64,000 nucleotides of DNA from Desulfatiglandales bacterium. GTDB lineage: Bacteria; Desulfobacterota; DSM-4660; Desulfatiglandales; Desulfatiglandaceae. This document shows, piece by piece, positions 40,649 through 51,552 of the stretch; position 1 is the first letter of the stretch, and every line of letters begins with the position of its first letter. The stretch is from NCBI GenBank assembly GCA_963662465.1, contig OY759599.1, positions 3,360,001-3,424,000 of the forward strand. The letters are read 5' to 3'. The translations under genes and the position numbers were made by a program. A model generated the notes under the pieces. That model did no database searches, was not told the DNA's origin, and saw only the letters and a list, made by a program, of their open reading frames with translations.

Positions 40649-43479
40649 TTGCTTCGTTCCATGGATAGTGCGGCCTCAAACGTTTTTTTCAGCGCATCCT
40701 TCAGATCCGTCAGGCCATAGGGTTTCTGGAGAAACATTTGGGGCTGCGCCACATGGGCTTCGGCCATAATCCGAGCTTCATCGTACCCGCTCGCCAGGAT
40801 CACCGGGATGTGGGGTTGTATTTTCCGAAAGGCCGCCAGGCTTTCCCAGCCATTCATGCGCGGCATGCTCAAATCAGAGATTATCAGGGAAATCTCATCC
40901 TTTTCAGCCTTGAAAATTTCCACGGCCTCGACGCCGTCACAGGCAATAACCACCTCGTAACCGAGCCGTTTTAACATGGCCCCGGCCACATTGCGAACCA
41001 CTTCTTCATCTTCTACCAGGAGTATCCGGAGCCCTGTTTTCGCCGGCGCGGCACGAACAACCCCTTTACCGGCATCCGGCGCAACATTTTGATTCAGAAT
41101 GGGAAGAAAAACCTGAAAGAGGCTTCCGACATCCGGTTTGCTTTCCACGGCAATTGCTCCTCCGTGGCGCTTTACAATCCCCAGGACAACGGCCAGGCCC
41201 ATCCCCCGACCGGTAAATTTTGTGGAAAAAAACGGGTCCATCAGGCTGCCCATATCCTCGGAAGAGATGCCACATCCGGTATCCGACACCCCAAGCGCCG
41301 CATAACGCGATGCCGCCGGCTTCCAATCGGCGGGCCAACAGGATTCCCTCGGGATATCCTCGACATTCAGGGTTCGAATAAACGCCCGGATCTCACCTTT
41401 TTTGTCCCCAAGGGCTTCCCAGGCGTTATTGACAAGCTGGGCAAATACCTGCCCGATCTGGCCGACATCGGCCTTGACAACCGGGCCTGGAGAAGGAAAA
41501 TCGGCCAACAGACGCACATGGCCGGGCATCATGTTCAGCAGTTTCGGAATCATCGGGTCGCAAATCTCCGACAGCGCAAGGACCTTCAGATTTTGCGCTG
41601 AAAGACCCGTATAGGTCAGCATGAGCCGACTCATCTCCGCGGCGCGTTCGGCCGACCCCCTGGCCTCGCGGATATTCTCGGCGATGTCCTTTCCCGAGCA
41701 CAGATCATCCTGAGCCAGTTCCAGGTTGCCAATGACCCCAAACAGCATGTTATTGAAATGATGGGCCACAGCGCCGGCCATACGATTGAGGCTTTCCGCC
41801 TTCGTGACCTGTTTTTCCCGCCTCTCCAGCGCCAGACGCTCGGAAATATCCCTGCTAGTGCCAAAAATTACCTCCCGACCCTTCCATTGGCCGAGATGCA
41901 CCCGGACTTCCACCGGAAGGAGAAGGCCGTCCCGGGTCTTCAATGAGGTAAAGAAGGCCTTGGTCTGTCCGGTCAGAATGGCGGTAAGCAAGCTTTCGAC
42001 TTCTTCGTAACGATCCTTGGGATACACATAAAGGACGTGTTTCCCCGTCAATTCCTCCTTAGAGTATCCCAGTTTTTCACAAATCATTCTATTGTAATGG
42101 ATAATGTTGCCTTCCCCGTCGAGGATGAAAAACATGTCATTGATTGTGTCGAAAAGCGTATTCAAATCCTGCCGGCTTTGCCGAATTTCCTCTGCCTGCA
42201 GTTCCTGTTCGACAAACGAACCGGCATAACGGGCAATCCGTTCCAGGGCCCTTCGGGCATGATCCGGCACGTGGTCCAGCGTATGGGCGCCGACATTCAA
42301 ACAAGCAATAACGCGATCCTGGCTCAGCACGGGAATGATCGCAAGGGACTTCAACCCTTCCTCCGCAAAAACATCTTTGACCGTCTCGGGCAGATCTTCT
42401 ATTTCAGCATAAACCGGGACGCCCTTTTGAACCAGTTGCGCATGCGCTGAATCGGCGGAATGGCACGAGACCTTGCCGACAAAGGAAGGATGCAATCCCC
42501 GGTGTACGGCGAGAACAAGACTGCTGTCGGTTTTATCCACCAAATAGAGCCCGCCGCAATCCATGTCAGAGATCTGAATGGCCATCCGGAGACAGGCCTC
42601 AAGCCTCTCATTGAAGGTGGTTGCGCTGCTCCATGCCGCCGCCATGTCCCGTTCGGCTTGCAACAGTGTCTCGTAGCGCTTGTTTTTGGTGATGTCCACG
42701 TGGGTTCCGATCATACGCACCGGTTTGTTGTCCTGATCCCACGAAACCACCCGGCCTCGGTCCAGCACCCATATCCACAAACCGTTCTTGTGTTTCATCC
42801 GGAATTCACAACGGTAGAAATCGGTCTCCCCGACGAAGTGTTTTTCCAGCTGTTCCCTGGATTTCTTCAAATCATCCGAGTGACAAAGATCCATCCACGT
42901 TTGAATGCTCACGGGTTCGAGTTCATCGAGGGTATAGCCCAAGATCTCGGCCCAGCGTTCGTTGAACACGGTTTTGCCGGTCTGGACCTGCCAGTCCCAC
43001 AACCCGGCGTTGGTTCCCTTGAGGGCAAGGTCCAGCCGTACCTGGCTTTCAACCAGTTTCTTTTCCATCCTGGATTGAAACAGGGCCATCTCCAGCGTTG
43101 CGCACACCTGAGTGGGACTATATGGCTTGACCAGATATCCAAAGGGTTCCGTGGATTTCGCCCTTTCAATGAGTTCCCCATTGGAGTGGGCCGTCAGATA
43201 GACCACCGGCACACCCAGGCGCTCCTTTATCCGCCGGGCCGCTTCTATTCCGTCCATGGCCGACGCGAGCCGGATATCCATGAGTACCAGATCCGGTTGA
43301 TCTTGCTCGGCAAGCGCAATGGCCTTTTCACCGGATCTTGCCGGACCCGTCACGGTATACCCATTGCGTTCCAGAATTAGTTTCAGGTCTTTTCCGGTAA
43401 TGACTTCGTCTTCTACAATGAGGATCTTTCCACGTTCCATTATTTTCTCCATATCCTTATGATCAAATGGGACATCCAA
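40645..43479 (-). CDS. Hybrid sensor kinase (REC-PAS-GAF-PAS-HisKA-HATPase-REC)
   Basis: VEDE..DIRL..KPY, AHHFNN, DPFFSTKFTGRGMGL, C-terminal receiver; the true start may be slightly downstream. Confidence 0.9.
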   Translation of the reverse strand: MDVPFDHKDMEKIMERGKILIVEDEVITGKDLKLILERNGYTVTGPARSGEKAIALAEQDQPDLVLMDIRLASAMDGIEAARRIKERLGVPVVYLTAHSNGELIERAKSTEPFGYLVKPYSPTQVCATLEMALFQSRMEKKLVESQVRLDLALKGTNAGLWDWQVQTGKTVFNERWAEILGYTLDELEPVSIQTWMDLCHSDDLKKSREQLEKHFVGETDFYRCEFRMKHKNGLWIWVLDRGRVVSWDQDNKPVRMIGTHVDITKNKRYETLLQAERDMAAAWSSATTFNERLEACLRMAIQISDMDCGGLYLVDKTDSSLVLAVHRGLHPSFVGKVSCHSADSAHAQLVQKGVPVYAEIEDLPETVKDVFAEEGLKSLAIIPVLSQDRVIACLNVGAHTLDHVPDHARRALERIARYAGSFVEQELQAEEIRQSRQDLNTLFDTINDMFFILDGEGNIIHYNRMICEKLGYSKEELTGKHVLYVYPKDRYEEVESLLTAILTGQTKAFFTSLKTRDGLLLPVEVRVHLGQWKGREVIFGTSRDISERLALERREKQVTKAESLNRMAGAVAHHFNNMLFGVIGNLELAQDDLCSGKDIAENIREARGSAERAAEMSRLMLTYTGLSAQNLKVLALSEICDPMIPKLLNMMPGHVRLLADFPSPGPVVKADVGQIGQVFAQLVNNAWEALGDKKGEIRAFIRTLNVEDIPRESCWPADWKPAASRYAALGVSDTGCGISSEDMGSLMDPFFSTKFTGRGMGLAVVLGIVKRHGGAIAVESKPDVGSLFQVFLPILNQNVAPDAGKGVVRAAPAKTGLRILLVEDEEVVRNVAGAMLKRLGYEVVIACDGVEAVEIFKAEKDEISLIISDLSMPRMNGWESLAAFRKIQPHIPVILASGYDEARIMAEAHVAQPQMFLQKPYGLTDLKDALKKTFEAALSMERSK

Positions 43480-43673
43480 TGACGACGATGGCGCCGTTCA
43501 CGCTTTGCCGTTCGATGGACCCATTGCGTTTTTTTCTATTTTCAGCGCATTGGCGAACAGTTGCCAAATGGGATGGTCCTGTCGGGTTGCATCCTGATGC
43601 AGGGAGGGATGGCGTCTATTCGAAACGCGCTGACACACATGACCTCCATCAGCAAATGATAATGAATGATTGT

Positions 43674-44525
43674 TCATTTACCAAAAACCGTCGGAGATCG
43701 CAAGAGAACTTTCTTAGGGGTTGAATCCACCATTGTTGAACTCAAGAAACTGCCGCTTTCCAATTGTCTCCTCAAACATACGCATGCCATCCTCCCATAA
43801 ATCCATACCTGAGGACGATAGAATCTATCTGCCTGAAAAGTAAAAATGACAGGGAACGGCGCGTTGGGATTTTTTCGTGAGATCCTTTTATCTCCTTCGA
43901 GAGTACGATTGAACTCATATGTCAAGGAGCGTCTTTTCCAGTTTTCAGGTCTATCGGCCTCACTGGCAGAAGGCTCATTTATTCGATCAAACTTTTGTTC
44001 AGGCAAAATCTGATCTTTTCTTACTTTTATTTTGGGTGTCTTGGCCTGATCCCGCTTTATTTCGCGCAACCGGCAAAGCCTTTTACCGCTGATGTTCAAT
44101 ATTTTCTTGATGCAAGAAAAGCAATAAATGTAATTTCCGTGTGAATCAAATAGGTTGTCGAGAAGCCACTTATTTTGAAGATTTCTGTTTATTGTCTTTG
44201 GCTGTTTGGTTGACAGGTTATTGTGAAGCATATTTTGGAAATCGTCGGAAAATTTCCCTAAAGTTTCCAATCAAGTACATTTCGGAGTTATAGAGTCAAT
44301 CTCATTTTCTTTCAAACCAGTGGCAATGTCTTTGCGTAGAACATAGGGCCGTCTTGCCTTGCCGCCTAAAAAATTTTCCACACTGTCTTGCCTTCTTCTT
44401 TTTCTGTATGTAGAATTTCAAAACCTGTAAGTTCAATTCCAATGCTCCAATCAACACAAAAGGCATTATCATACAGATTTTTGTTGCATAAATTGCCTGA
44501 GTTTCTGAGAGATGGCTCGCCGCGT
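43674..44525 (-). pseudogene. Degraded AT-rich ORF of unknown function, possibly transposase-derived
   Basis: The frame continues upstream of the listed ORF through one in-frame TGA (44271-44273, KCT*LETL); abuts MITE copy 3. Confidence 0.45.
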
Positions 44526-44535
44526 TAACACAATT

Positions 44536-44690
44536 GGCTCATTGTGGATTCGCGTGAGATTTGGCTTCTGAGCCGATTGTAGGTGCGACTTTAGTCGCAC
44601 ATTAAGCCTACCCTGTGCGACTAAAGTCGCACCTACAGCCCGAACCGAAACAATCTCAAAGCGCGATTTCACGTTAATCCGCGATGAACC
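44536..44690 (-). mobile_element. 155-bp MITE with REP doublet, copy 3
   Basis: Near-identical to the other copies; flanks ACACAATT / GTTTATTT do not match. Confidence 0.9.
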
Positions 44691-44721
44691 GTTTATTTTT
44701 CATTTGATGGTCTCCTTTTTT

Positions 44722-46254
44722 CTAAAACGGCAGAGCCGCGGTTTTAATTTTTTCCAGCAATGATTTTCTTGTTTTTTTGTCAGGGGCAATGGCGTTTTGA
44801 TCTGCTGTTTTTGAAACATCGGGTTGATTCGGTTCAGGAGGCGTCAGCACCCACCCCCCGCCTAAGGACCGACACAGATCGATCCGGTCCTCCACCAGGT
44901 CCAGTTGGGCAGTCAGCAGGTTGATCTGCAGTTCCTGCTGGGAGAGCAGCGCGTCCAGCACCCGTTGGTAATCCACGGTTCCCTGCACATATCGGTCCCG
45001 CACCCGCTCCACCACCTGTTCCGCCAGCCTCAACTGCTTGTGGAGGCTGGCCATGAAGTCCCGCCGGCGCTGTTCCCGAACCAGGGCGTCTTCCACCTCC
45101 CCCAGGGCCTCGAGAATCGTTTGGCCGTAATTGTTCAGCGCTTCGGATGCAACCGCCCGGGTCCGGTCCACCTCGGCCTTGCGCAATCCCCCATCCATAA
45201 TGGGCGCCACCAGATTGGCAGCAAGGGTCGCCAGCCAGTTGTCGAACAGATCCCGCACATGCCCCCCCGAGGTGTCCAGACCGGCGGTGAGACTCAACCG
45301 GGGGAAGCGGTCCGCAATGGCCGCCGCAACGTCGCTGTCGGCGGACCGCACATCGTAATAGGCGCTACGGATATCCGGACGGCGCCGGATCAGTCGGGCC
45401 GGCAGACCCGTCTCCGGCATGGGGGCGAGATCCGGAAACCTGAAAACCTTGGGTCCCACCGCCTGCTGGGGGGGATATCCCAGGAGGATGGCCAATTGGT
45501 GCTCTAAAATTTTGATCCGGGCCGCTGCCTGGACCTTTTCCCCCCGGTTGGACTCCACCAGCTGCCGCTGTTGAAGGATATCCGCGATGCCCACCTGGCC
45601 GGTCCGAAACTTCAATGTCACCAGTTCCAACACCTGTTCATTGGTCTTGATCTGCGCATCCGACATGTCCCATTGTCCGTGCTGCTCAACCAGTTGATAC
45701 CAGGTGACGGCCACCTGGGACGAGAGGGTAAGGGCCGCGGTGCGCAGGTCTTCGGCGCCGGCCCGTGCATCGAACAGGGCGGCATCCCGGATCGACCGGA
45801 TGCGGCCCCAGAGATCAATTTCGTAGCTGGCCACCAAACCCAGGGCATAGCCGCGGCTTTCGCCCGTTTGACCCGTTTCACGGTAACGGGTTCCGGAGGC
45901 GCCTGCCTCCCCATCCAATGCCGGATAGAGGTCCGCTCCCGCCATTTCAGCCAGGGCTTCCAATTGATGGAGCCTGTCCCAGGCGCTCTTGAGGGTAAAG
46001 TTTCCCACCAGGGCCTGATCCATAAGGGTATTCAAAATGGGATCTTCAAAAGACAACCACCATTTGTCCGGCAGGGGCGAACCGCCCGACTGGGAGAACT
46101 GTTCCGGAACCGCAACCGGTAGCTTGATTTCATGATTTGCCGTGCCGCAACCCAAAATCCACAGGGCCGGCACGGCCAGGAACAGAAGCCGGACCAATGG
46201 GTTTGCAGCCGGTTTTTTAGAATACTTACAGGGTTTTTGGGTTGGATTTGCCAT
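44722..46254 (-). CDS. Efflux outer-membrane factor lipoprotein (NodT/OprM family)
   Basis: ILGC lipobox, WWLSFEDP.L, SYEIDLWGR, RRPDIR, RSLGGGW. Confidence 0.9.
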   Translation of the reverse strand: MANPTQKPCKYSKKPAANPLVRLLFLAVPALWILGCGTANHEIKLPVAVPEQFSQSGGSPLPDKWWLSFEDPILNTLMDQALVGNFTLKSAWDRLHQLEALAEMAGADLYPALDGEAGASGTRYRETGQTGESRGYALGLVASYEIDLWGRIRSIRDAALFDARAGAEDLRTAALTLSSQVAVTWYQLVEQHGQWDMSDAQIKTNEQVLELVTLKFRTGQVGIADILQQRQLVESNRGEKVQAAARIKILEHQLAILLGYPPQQAVGPKVFRFPDLAPMPETGLPARLIRRRPDIRSAYYDVRSADSDVAAAIADRFPRLSLTAGLDTSGGHVRDLFDNWLATLAANLVAPIMDGGLRKAEVDRTRAVASEALNNYGQTILEALGEVEDALVREQRRRDFMASLHKQLRLAEQVVERVRDRYVQGTVDYQRVLDALLSQQELQINLLTAQLDLVEDRIDLCRSLGGGWVLTPPEPNQPDVSKTADQNAIAPDKKTRKSLLEKIKTAALPF

Positions 46255-46360
46255 CTCGCTCCACATGAGAAAAGTTGTTATGGTGACAATTAGCTTAAGG
46301 GATGTGAACGTGCCGTCAAAAAGATGTGAAAAAAAAGTGAAATGATTAGATGCGGCGCTT

Positions 46361-47644
46361 TCAGGCATCCTGCCAATAGATCCTGACCCGGGTTCCTTTT
46401 TTCGCTTCACTTTCAATGTCGAGCCGCCAGCCGAATCGTTTGCACAGGCGGCTGACAATGCTCAATCCCAGGCCGAAACCCTGGCTCTTCTCCCCTTTTA
46501 TATGGGATTGGGTCACTGAATCCAGTTTGTCCGGTTCAATGCCCATGCCCGTATCCCGGATTTCCATGTGGGCATGGTCGATGGTGAGGGTGACCGACCC
46601 CCTGGATGTAAACTGAAAAGCATTTCGGAGCAGGTTCGTTACGACAATATAAAGGATTTCCTCTTTGACCCGGACCGCTTTGTCATAAAGCAAGTCCATA
46701 CTCAACGCGATATCCTTGTTTTCGATGAGGTACCGGTTGTTTGAAAGGGCTTTTTCGGCTACGGGCGCCACCCGGCACGGTTCTTCGGTTCCGCCTTCTT
46801 CCCTGGCGAGCCATAAAAAGGTCTCAATGGTGGTTTCCATGTCCCGGGCCGACCGTGAAATCCGTTTGAGCGGTTTTTTCAACAAAGGGTTCGCTTCCAG
46901 TTCCGGCTGCTGCTCCATGATTTCCACCGCCCCCTTGACAATGGTCAACGGAGTCCTCAGTTCATGGCTGGCATCCCTTGTGAACTGTTTTTCCCGCTGA
47001 ATAAAAGCGTTGATCCGGTTCATGGCGATTTCGATGGTTCGGGTCAGCATGCCCAGTTCGTTGCCGGCATGTTTTTGAAGAAACCGGGCCGGTATGTTGT
47101 CAGGGGTCAACCCCTTGACCTGCTCGGTCAGGGACGTTAACGGCTTTAACAGCATGCGGGAGGTGATGTAACCGATGATGCCGCCCGGAATAAGCAGAAG
47201 GGCCAGTGATATCATCAGGATTTGTTCGGGGTTGAGCAGGGAATTCTCTTCAAAAAACTCCCTGCCGTGGAAAAACATGAAATACGGCACGTCTTTTCCG
47301 GCCAGTGCCATGACGCCCACGTATTTAGGGGGCCTTTTGTCCCGTCCTTCGATGGCATGGATGCCCGGGGAAAGGTTTTTGACCTGTTCCCTAAGTCTTT
47401 CCGGCACCGCGTCAACGCCCGCGAACACATCGATATATTTGGAATGGGGCAAGGGCGTTGTGCGATCCTTTTCATATTTGTAAAGGAAGGTATCCACTTC
47501 CGTGTCGATGAGGTTGGCAATTATTTTCGACATGCTGTTGGCCATGACGAAAAAGGTAATGCTCATATTGAGAATCACCAGCAGGACGCCGAACAACAGG
47601 ATGCCGGCCACGATCCTGAACCGGATACTCTGGTAAAATTTCAT
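46361..47644 (-). CDS. Membrane sensor histidine kinase
   Basis: Two transmembrane segments, FTRDASHELRTPL, NLLRNA, GFGLGL. Confidence 0.92.
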   Translation of the reverse strand: MKFYQSIRFRIVAGILLFGVLLVILNMSITFFVMANSMSKIIANLIDTEVDTFLYKYEKDRTTPLPHSKYIDVFAGVDAVPERLREQVKNLSPGIHAIEGRDKRPPKYVGVMALAGKDVPYFMFFHGREFFEENSLLNPEQILMISLALLLIPGGIIGYITSRMLLKPLTSLTEQVKGLTPDNIPARFLQKHAGNELGMLTRTIEIAMNRINAFIQREKQFTRDASHELRTPLTIVKGAVEIMEQQPELEANPLLKKPLKRISRSARDMETTIETFLWLAREEGGTEEPCRVAPVAEKALSNNRYLIENKDIALSMDLLYDKAVRVKEEILYIVVTNLLRNAFQFTSRGSVTLTIDHAHMEIRDTGMGIEPDKLDSVTQSHIKGEKSQGFGLGLSIVSRLCKRFGWRLDIESEAKKGTRVRIYWQDA

Positions 47645-48327
47645 TGATGCTCTTTCCTGAGCCGGAAACCGACGCCGTGGACGGTTTCGATCATGGCCCG
47701 GTCAAAGGGTTTGTCGATCTTTTTCCGAAGGGTATACATATGGCTGCGCAGCACATCGCTGCCCGGCGGCATGTCCCCCCATAGATAGTTTTCCAGGTCT
47801 TTGCGGGATACCATATTGGGGGCGGATTCCATGAGCAGCTTCAGGATGGAAATGCAGGTGTTGTTCAGGTTGATGATGCTCTCCCGGCGGGAAACCTCAA
47901 AGGTCCCCAGATCCATGCGAAGATCATCCACCACCAGCACCTTGCAGGCGCCTGAACGTCTTTTGGAAAGGGCCTTAATGCGCGCTTCCAGCTCTTTTAG
48001 CGCAAAGGGTTTGACCAGGTAGTCGTCGGCGCCCGATTCAAACCCGAGCAGTTTGTCGTCCAGGGTATCCCTGGCCGTGAGCATGATCACCGGCGCCTGT
48101 CTGTCCGCCTCCCGGCGCAGTTTCCGGCACAGGGTGATGCCGTCCATGCCGGGCAGCATCAAATCCAGGACAATGACGTCGTAATCCCGGGTCAGGGCCA
48201 GGTGGAGACCGCCGATGCCGTCCATGGCGAAATCCAGGATATACCCTTTGGATTCCAGAAAATCAGTCATGTTTTCGACGATGGCCGGATTATCCTCGAT
48301 GATGAGTAGTCTGATGTTTTGTGTCAT
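47641..48327 (-). CDS. OmpR-family response regulator
   Basis: IEDN, DLMLP, KPF, LRSHMY.LRKKIDKPF, TVHGVGF. Confidence 0.93.
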   Translation of the reverse strand: MTQNIRLLIIEDNPAIVENMTDFLESKGYILDFAMDGIGGLHLALTRDYDVIVLDLMLPGMDGITLCRKLRREADRQAPVIMLTARDTLDDKLLGFESGADDYLVKPFALKELEARIKALSKRRSGACKVLVVDDLRMDLGTFEVSRRESIINLNNTCISILKLLMESAPNMVSRKDLENYLWGDMPPGSDVLRSHMYTLRKKIDKPFDRAMIETVHGVGFRLRKEHQ

Positions 48328-48384
48328 GGTTTTCCTTCAGAGTTCGGATTCAAAACGCTTTCATTGTATTTTGGAATACGGAAT

Positions 48385-51300
48385 TCAAACATGCAAGGAA
48401 TAATCCGGCAATGCCTCCCGCGATCGTGAACGACTTACCCATTGGTGAATGTCTTCCATTAACAGGTACAGGCACGGCACCAGAATCAGGGTGATCACCG
48501 TGGCAAAGAGGATGCCGAAACCGAGGGATAACGCCATGGGGATCATGAACCGGGCCTGGCGGGAAGTTTCAAAAATCATGGGCGCCAGGCCGCCGAAGGT
48601 GGTGAGCGTCGTGAGGATGATGGGCCGAAAGCGGCGCAGTCCGGCCATACGAATCGCCTGGTCGGCATTCATGCCCTCCCGTCGCCTTCGATTGGCGTAA
48701 TCGATCAACACCAGCGAGTCGTTGACCACCACCCCGGAGAGAGCCACCATTCCCATCATACTCATGAGACTCAGGTTATAGCCCATCAAGAGATGCCCCA
48801 GGATGGCGCCGAAAACGCCGAAGGGGATGGCCAGCATGACGATCAGCGGCTGGCTGTAACTGCGAAAGGGGATGGCCAGCAGGAAGTACATGGCCAGCAT
48901 GGCCAGGAAAAATCCGCCCAGCAGGCGCTCCATGCTCTCTTTCATGTCCGCCTGATTGCCCTGGTATCCGTAAGAGAGACCGGGGTACTGGCGGGCCAGC
49001 TCGGGCAGAATGGTATTGTTGAGGGCGGCCTGTATCCGGCCAGTCTCGCCCATGGGCTCCACGTTGGCGCTCACCGTCACCGTGCGTCTTGCGTCCCGGC
49101 GACTGATGGCGGTGTAGGCCCGGTTTCGCCGCACGTCGGCAATCTCCAGTAGCGGCACGAAGGCGCCGGCCGGGGTCCGGATCATCAAATTCTCCACATG
49201 ATATTCGCTTACGCGTTCATTCTCCGGCAGGCGCACCCGGACCGTCACCTCGTTTCGACCCCGTTGCTGCCTGAGAGCCTCTGCCCCTGAAAAGGCGTTG
49301 CGTACCTGGCGGGCCACCTCGGCGGAGGTCAGCCCCAGACTCCGGCCTTCGGGTTTGATGGAAAAATCGAGCTGCTGCTTGCCCGGGGTGTAGCCGTCGT
49401 CAATATCCTTGACGTTTGGAAATTCTGCCAGTCGTCCGGCCAGGGCCGCGCCTGCCCGGTCCAGCACCTGGATGTCGGAATGGGAGAGCTCTACGGTCAG
49501 AGCGGCCCCTGAGCCCGGGCCCCCGCGGTCCGACTGGAACCTGAGCGATTCCAGGCCAACCATGGGTCCCAGCGCTTTCCGCCATACTCGGGTCACCTCG
49601 CCGGTACTCAAGGGGCGTATTCCGGAGTCGGTGAGGTAGGCCTGCACTTCCACCTGGTTTTCATCGATTTTGGAGAAAATCCCTTTGAGAAGTTGATCAC
49701 CGCCGTTTAAAGAGGCCACCGCTTCCATAGCTTCGGACAGTCTCTCTTGAGCGGCCTTGACTTTGGCCATGGGGCTGCCCACCGGGAGGACCGCGGTGAC
49801 CACCGCCTCGTCCGACTCGGTCCGGGGCATCAAAATCATGCCGATACGGCCACTCAGGGCATAGCTGATCACCACCAGCAAAGCCGCCAGGCCGAGGGCC
49901 ACGGTCAGGGTCCGCCAACGGATGCACCATATAAGAAACGGACCGTAAACCCTCTCGGTGAAACGGGTCACAGCCTTGGCGAACCCCTGCTGCCGCCGGT
50001 ACAGGCGCCCCACGAAACCATGGTCCAATCCATTGGCCAATACGTTGCCCGGTGGGGTGGATGGACGGCCTTTGGCGTGGGCCAGGTGACCCGGCAGAAT
50101 CAGCAGGGATTCGACCCAGGAGAGGAGAAAAACCGTGATCACCACCATGGGAATGACTTTCCAGATCTTTCCCATGATCCCGGGTATAAAGGCAAGGGGC
50201 AAAAAAGCCACCACATTGGTCAGGATCGCAAAGGTGACGGGCACGGCTACGTCCCGGGCCCCCAGGATCGCGGCTTTGACGAAACCCATTCCCTGCTGCC
50301 GGTACTCATAAATGTTTTCACCGGCAACGATGGCATCGTCCACCACGATCCCCAGGGCGATGATAAAGGCAAACATGGACATCATGTTGATGGAAGCCCC
50401 CATGGCCGGAAGAAAGAGCAGACTGCCCAGAAATGCGGTGGGGATGCCCATGGTGACCCAGAAAGCCAGTTTGAACTCTAGAAACAGCCCGAGCACCACC
50501 AGTACCAGCGCCAATCCCATGAAGGCGTTCTTGAGCAGCAATTCCAGGCGTTGCCGGTAGACGTCGGACATGTCGCGTCTGATGTGCCAGCGGATACCCG
50601 AGGGGAGATCACGCTCGATTTGACTCATGGACGAACGCACCGCCTCCGCGACCCCCATGGGGGTCTGGTCTCCCACCCGATAAACATCGATGCCGATGCA
50701 GCGACGCCCGTTGTAAACGGCGGACCGGTCGCTGTCCTCGAAATCCTCGCGCACCGTTGCCATGTCCTCCAGATAAACCACACTGCCGTCAGCGGTGGTC
50801 ACAATGGGAATCCGGGCGAACTCCCGGGCCCAGTCGCGGCGGTCTTTGACCCGCAGCAGGAGATCCCCACCGGCCGTATCCACCGAACCGCCTGGAATTT
50901 CGGTGGAGGCGCTGTCGATGGTCTGGGCGATCCCGGTGAGGGTCAGGTTGAAGGCCCGCAAGCGCTCCTGGGAGACTTCAACCAGGATTTCGTAGTCACG
51001 GGCCCCGGCCAGATCCACCTGGGTGATATGGGAACTCTGTAAAAGCCGGTCGCGCACCTGATCCGCCGTCTTGCGCAGAGCCATTTCCGGCACGTCCCCG
51101 TAAAGGTCCATGGCCAGCACCTCCCGACGGTGGGTGACCAGTGAGACCTCCGGCTCTTCGGCATCTTCGGGAAACGTGGTGATCCGATCGATCTCCTGCT
51201 GGATCTCCTGATAGATTTTCTGCTGGTCGGCGCCTTCCGAAAGTTCCGCCATGACCGTCCCGTTCCCCTCCCTGGCGGTGGCGGTCAGCTCCTTGACGCC

Positions 51301-51552
51301 GTCAATGGCCCGGATGGCTTCCTCCACGGCCAGGATGATCCCCTGCTCCACCTCTTCGGGACCGGCCCCCGTATAGTCGACGCTGACCGTCACCATATCC
51401 AGGTCGAACTCGGGAAAGACCTCCTGTTTGATGCGGGTGGTCATGAACAGTCCCCCCAGCAACAGAAAGATCATCAACAGATTCGGTGTGACCCGGTTAT
51501 GCACCATCCAGGAGATGGGACCCCGGTTTTCCAAAATACCATCCCGTTTCAT
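48385..51552 (-). CDS. RND efflux permease (AcrB/AcrD/AcrF family)
   Basis: 1055 aa; LGIVVDDAIV, GVVVNDSLVL, RFRPIILT. Confidence 0.93.
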   Translation of the reverse strand: MKRDGILENRGPISWMVHNRVTPNLLMIFLLLGGLFMTTRIKQEVFPEFDLDMVTVSVDYTGAGPEEVEQGIILAVEEAIRAIDGVKELTATAREGNGTVMAELSEGADQQKIYQEIQQEIDRITTFPEDAEEPEVSLVTHRREVLAMDLYGDVPEMALRKTADQVRDRLLQSSHITQVDLAGARDYEILVEVSQERLRAFNLTLTGIAQTIDSASTEIPGGSVDTAGGDLLLRVKDRRDWAREFARIPIVTTADGSVVYLEDMATVREDFEDSDRSAVYNGRRCIGIDVYRVGDQTPMGVAEAVRSSMSQIERDLPSGIRWHIRRDMSDVYRQRLELLLKNAFMGLALVLVVLGLFLEFKLAFWVTMGIPTAFLGSLLFLPAMGASINMMSMFAFIIALGIVVDDAIVAGENIYEYRQQGMGFVKAAILGARDVAVPVTFAILTNVVAFLPLAFIPGIMGKIWKVIPMVVITVFLLSWVESLLILPGHLAHAKGRPSTPPGNVLANGLDHGFVGRLYRRQQGFAKAVTRFTERVYGPFLIWCIRWRTLTVALGLAALLVVISYALSGRIGMILMPRTESDEAVVTAVLPVGSPMAKVKAAQERLSEAMEAVASLNGGDQLLKGIFSKIDENQVEVQAYLTDSGIRPLSTGEVTRVWRKALGPMVGLESLRFQSDRGGPGSGAALTVELSHSDIQVLDRAGAALAGRLAEFPNVKDIDDGYTPGKQQLDFSIKPEGRSLGLTSAEVARQVRNAFSGAEALRQQRGRNEVTVRVRLPENERVSEYHVENLMIRTPAGAFVPLLEIADVRRNRAYTAISRRDARRTVTVSANVEPMGETGRIQAALNNTILPELARQYPGLSYGYQGNQADMKESMERLLGGFFLAMLAMYFLLAIPFRSYSQPLIVMLAIPFGVFGAILGHLLMGYNLSLMSMMGMVALSGVVVNDSLVLIDYANRRRREGMNADQAIRMAGLRRFRPIILTTLTTFGGLAPMIFETSRQARFMIPMALSLGFGILFATVITLILVPCLYLLMEDIHQWVSRSRSREALPDYSLHV

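Noticed and set aside
44271..44273. In-frame TGA (KCT*L) as selenocysteine
   Set aside because: A hairpin follows, but its apical loop has no G and the ORF is otherwise degraded; a Cys-to-stop mutation is more likely.
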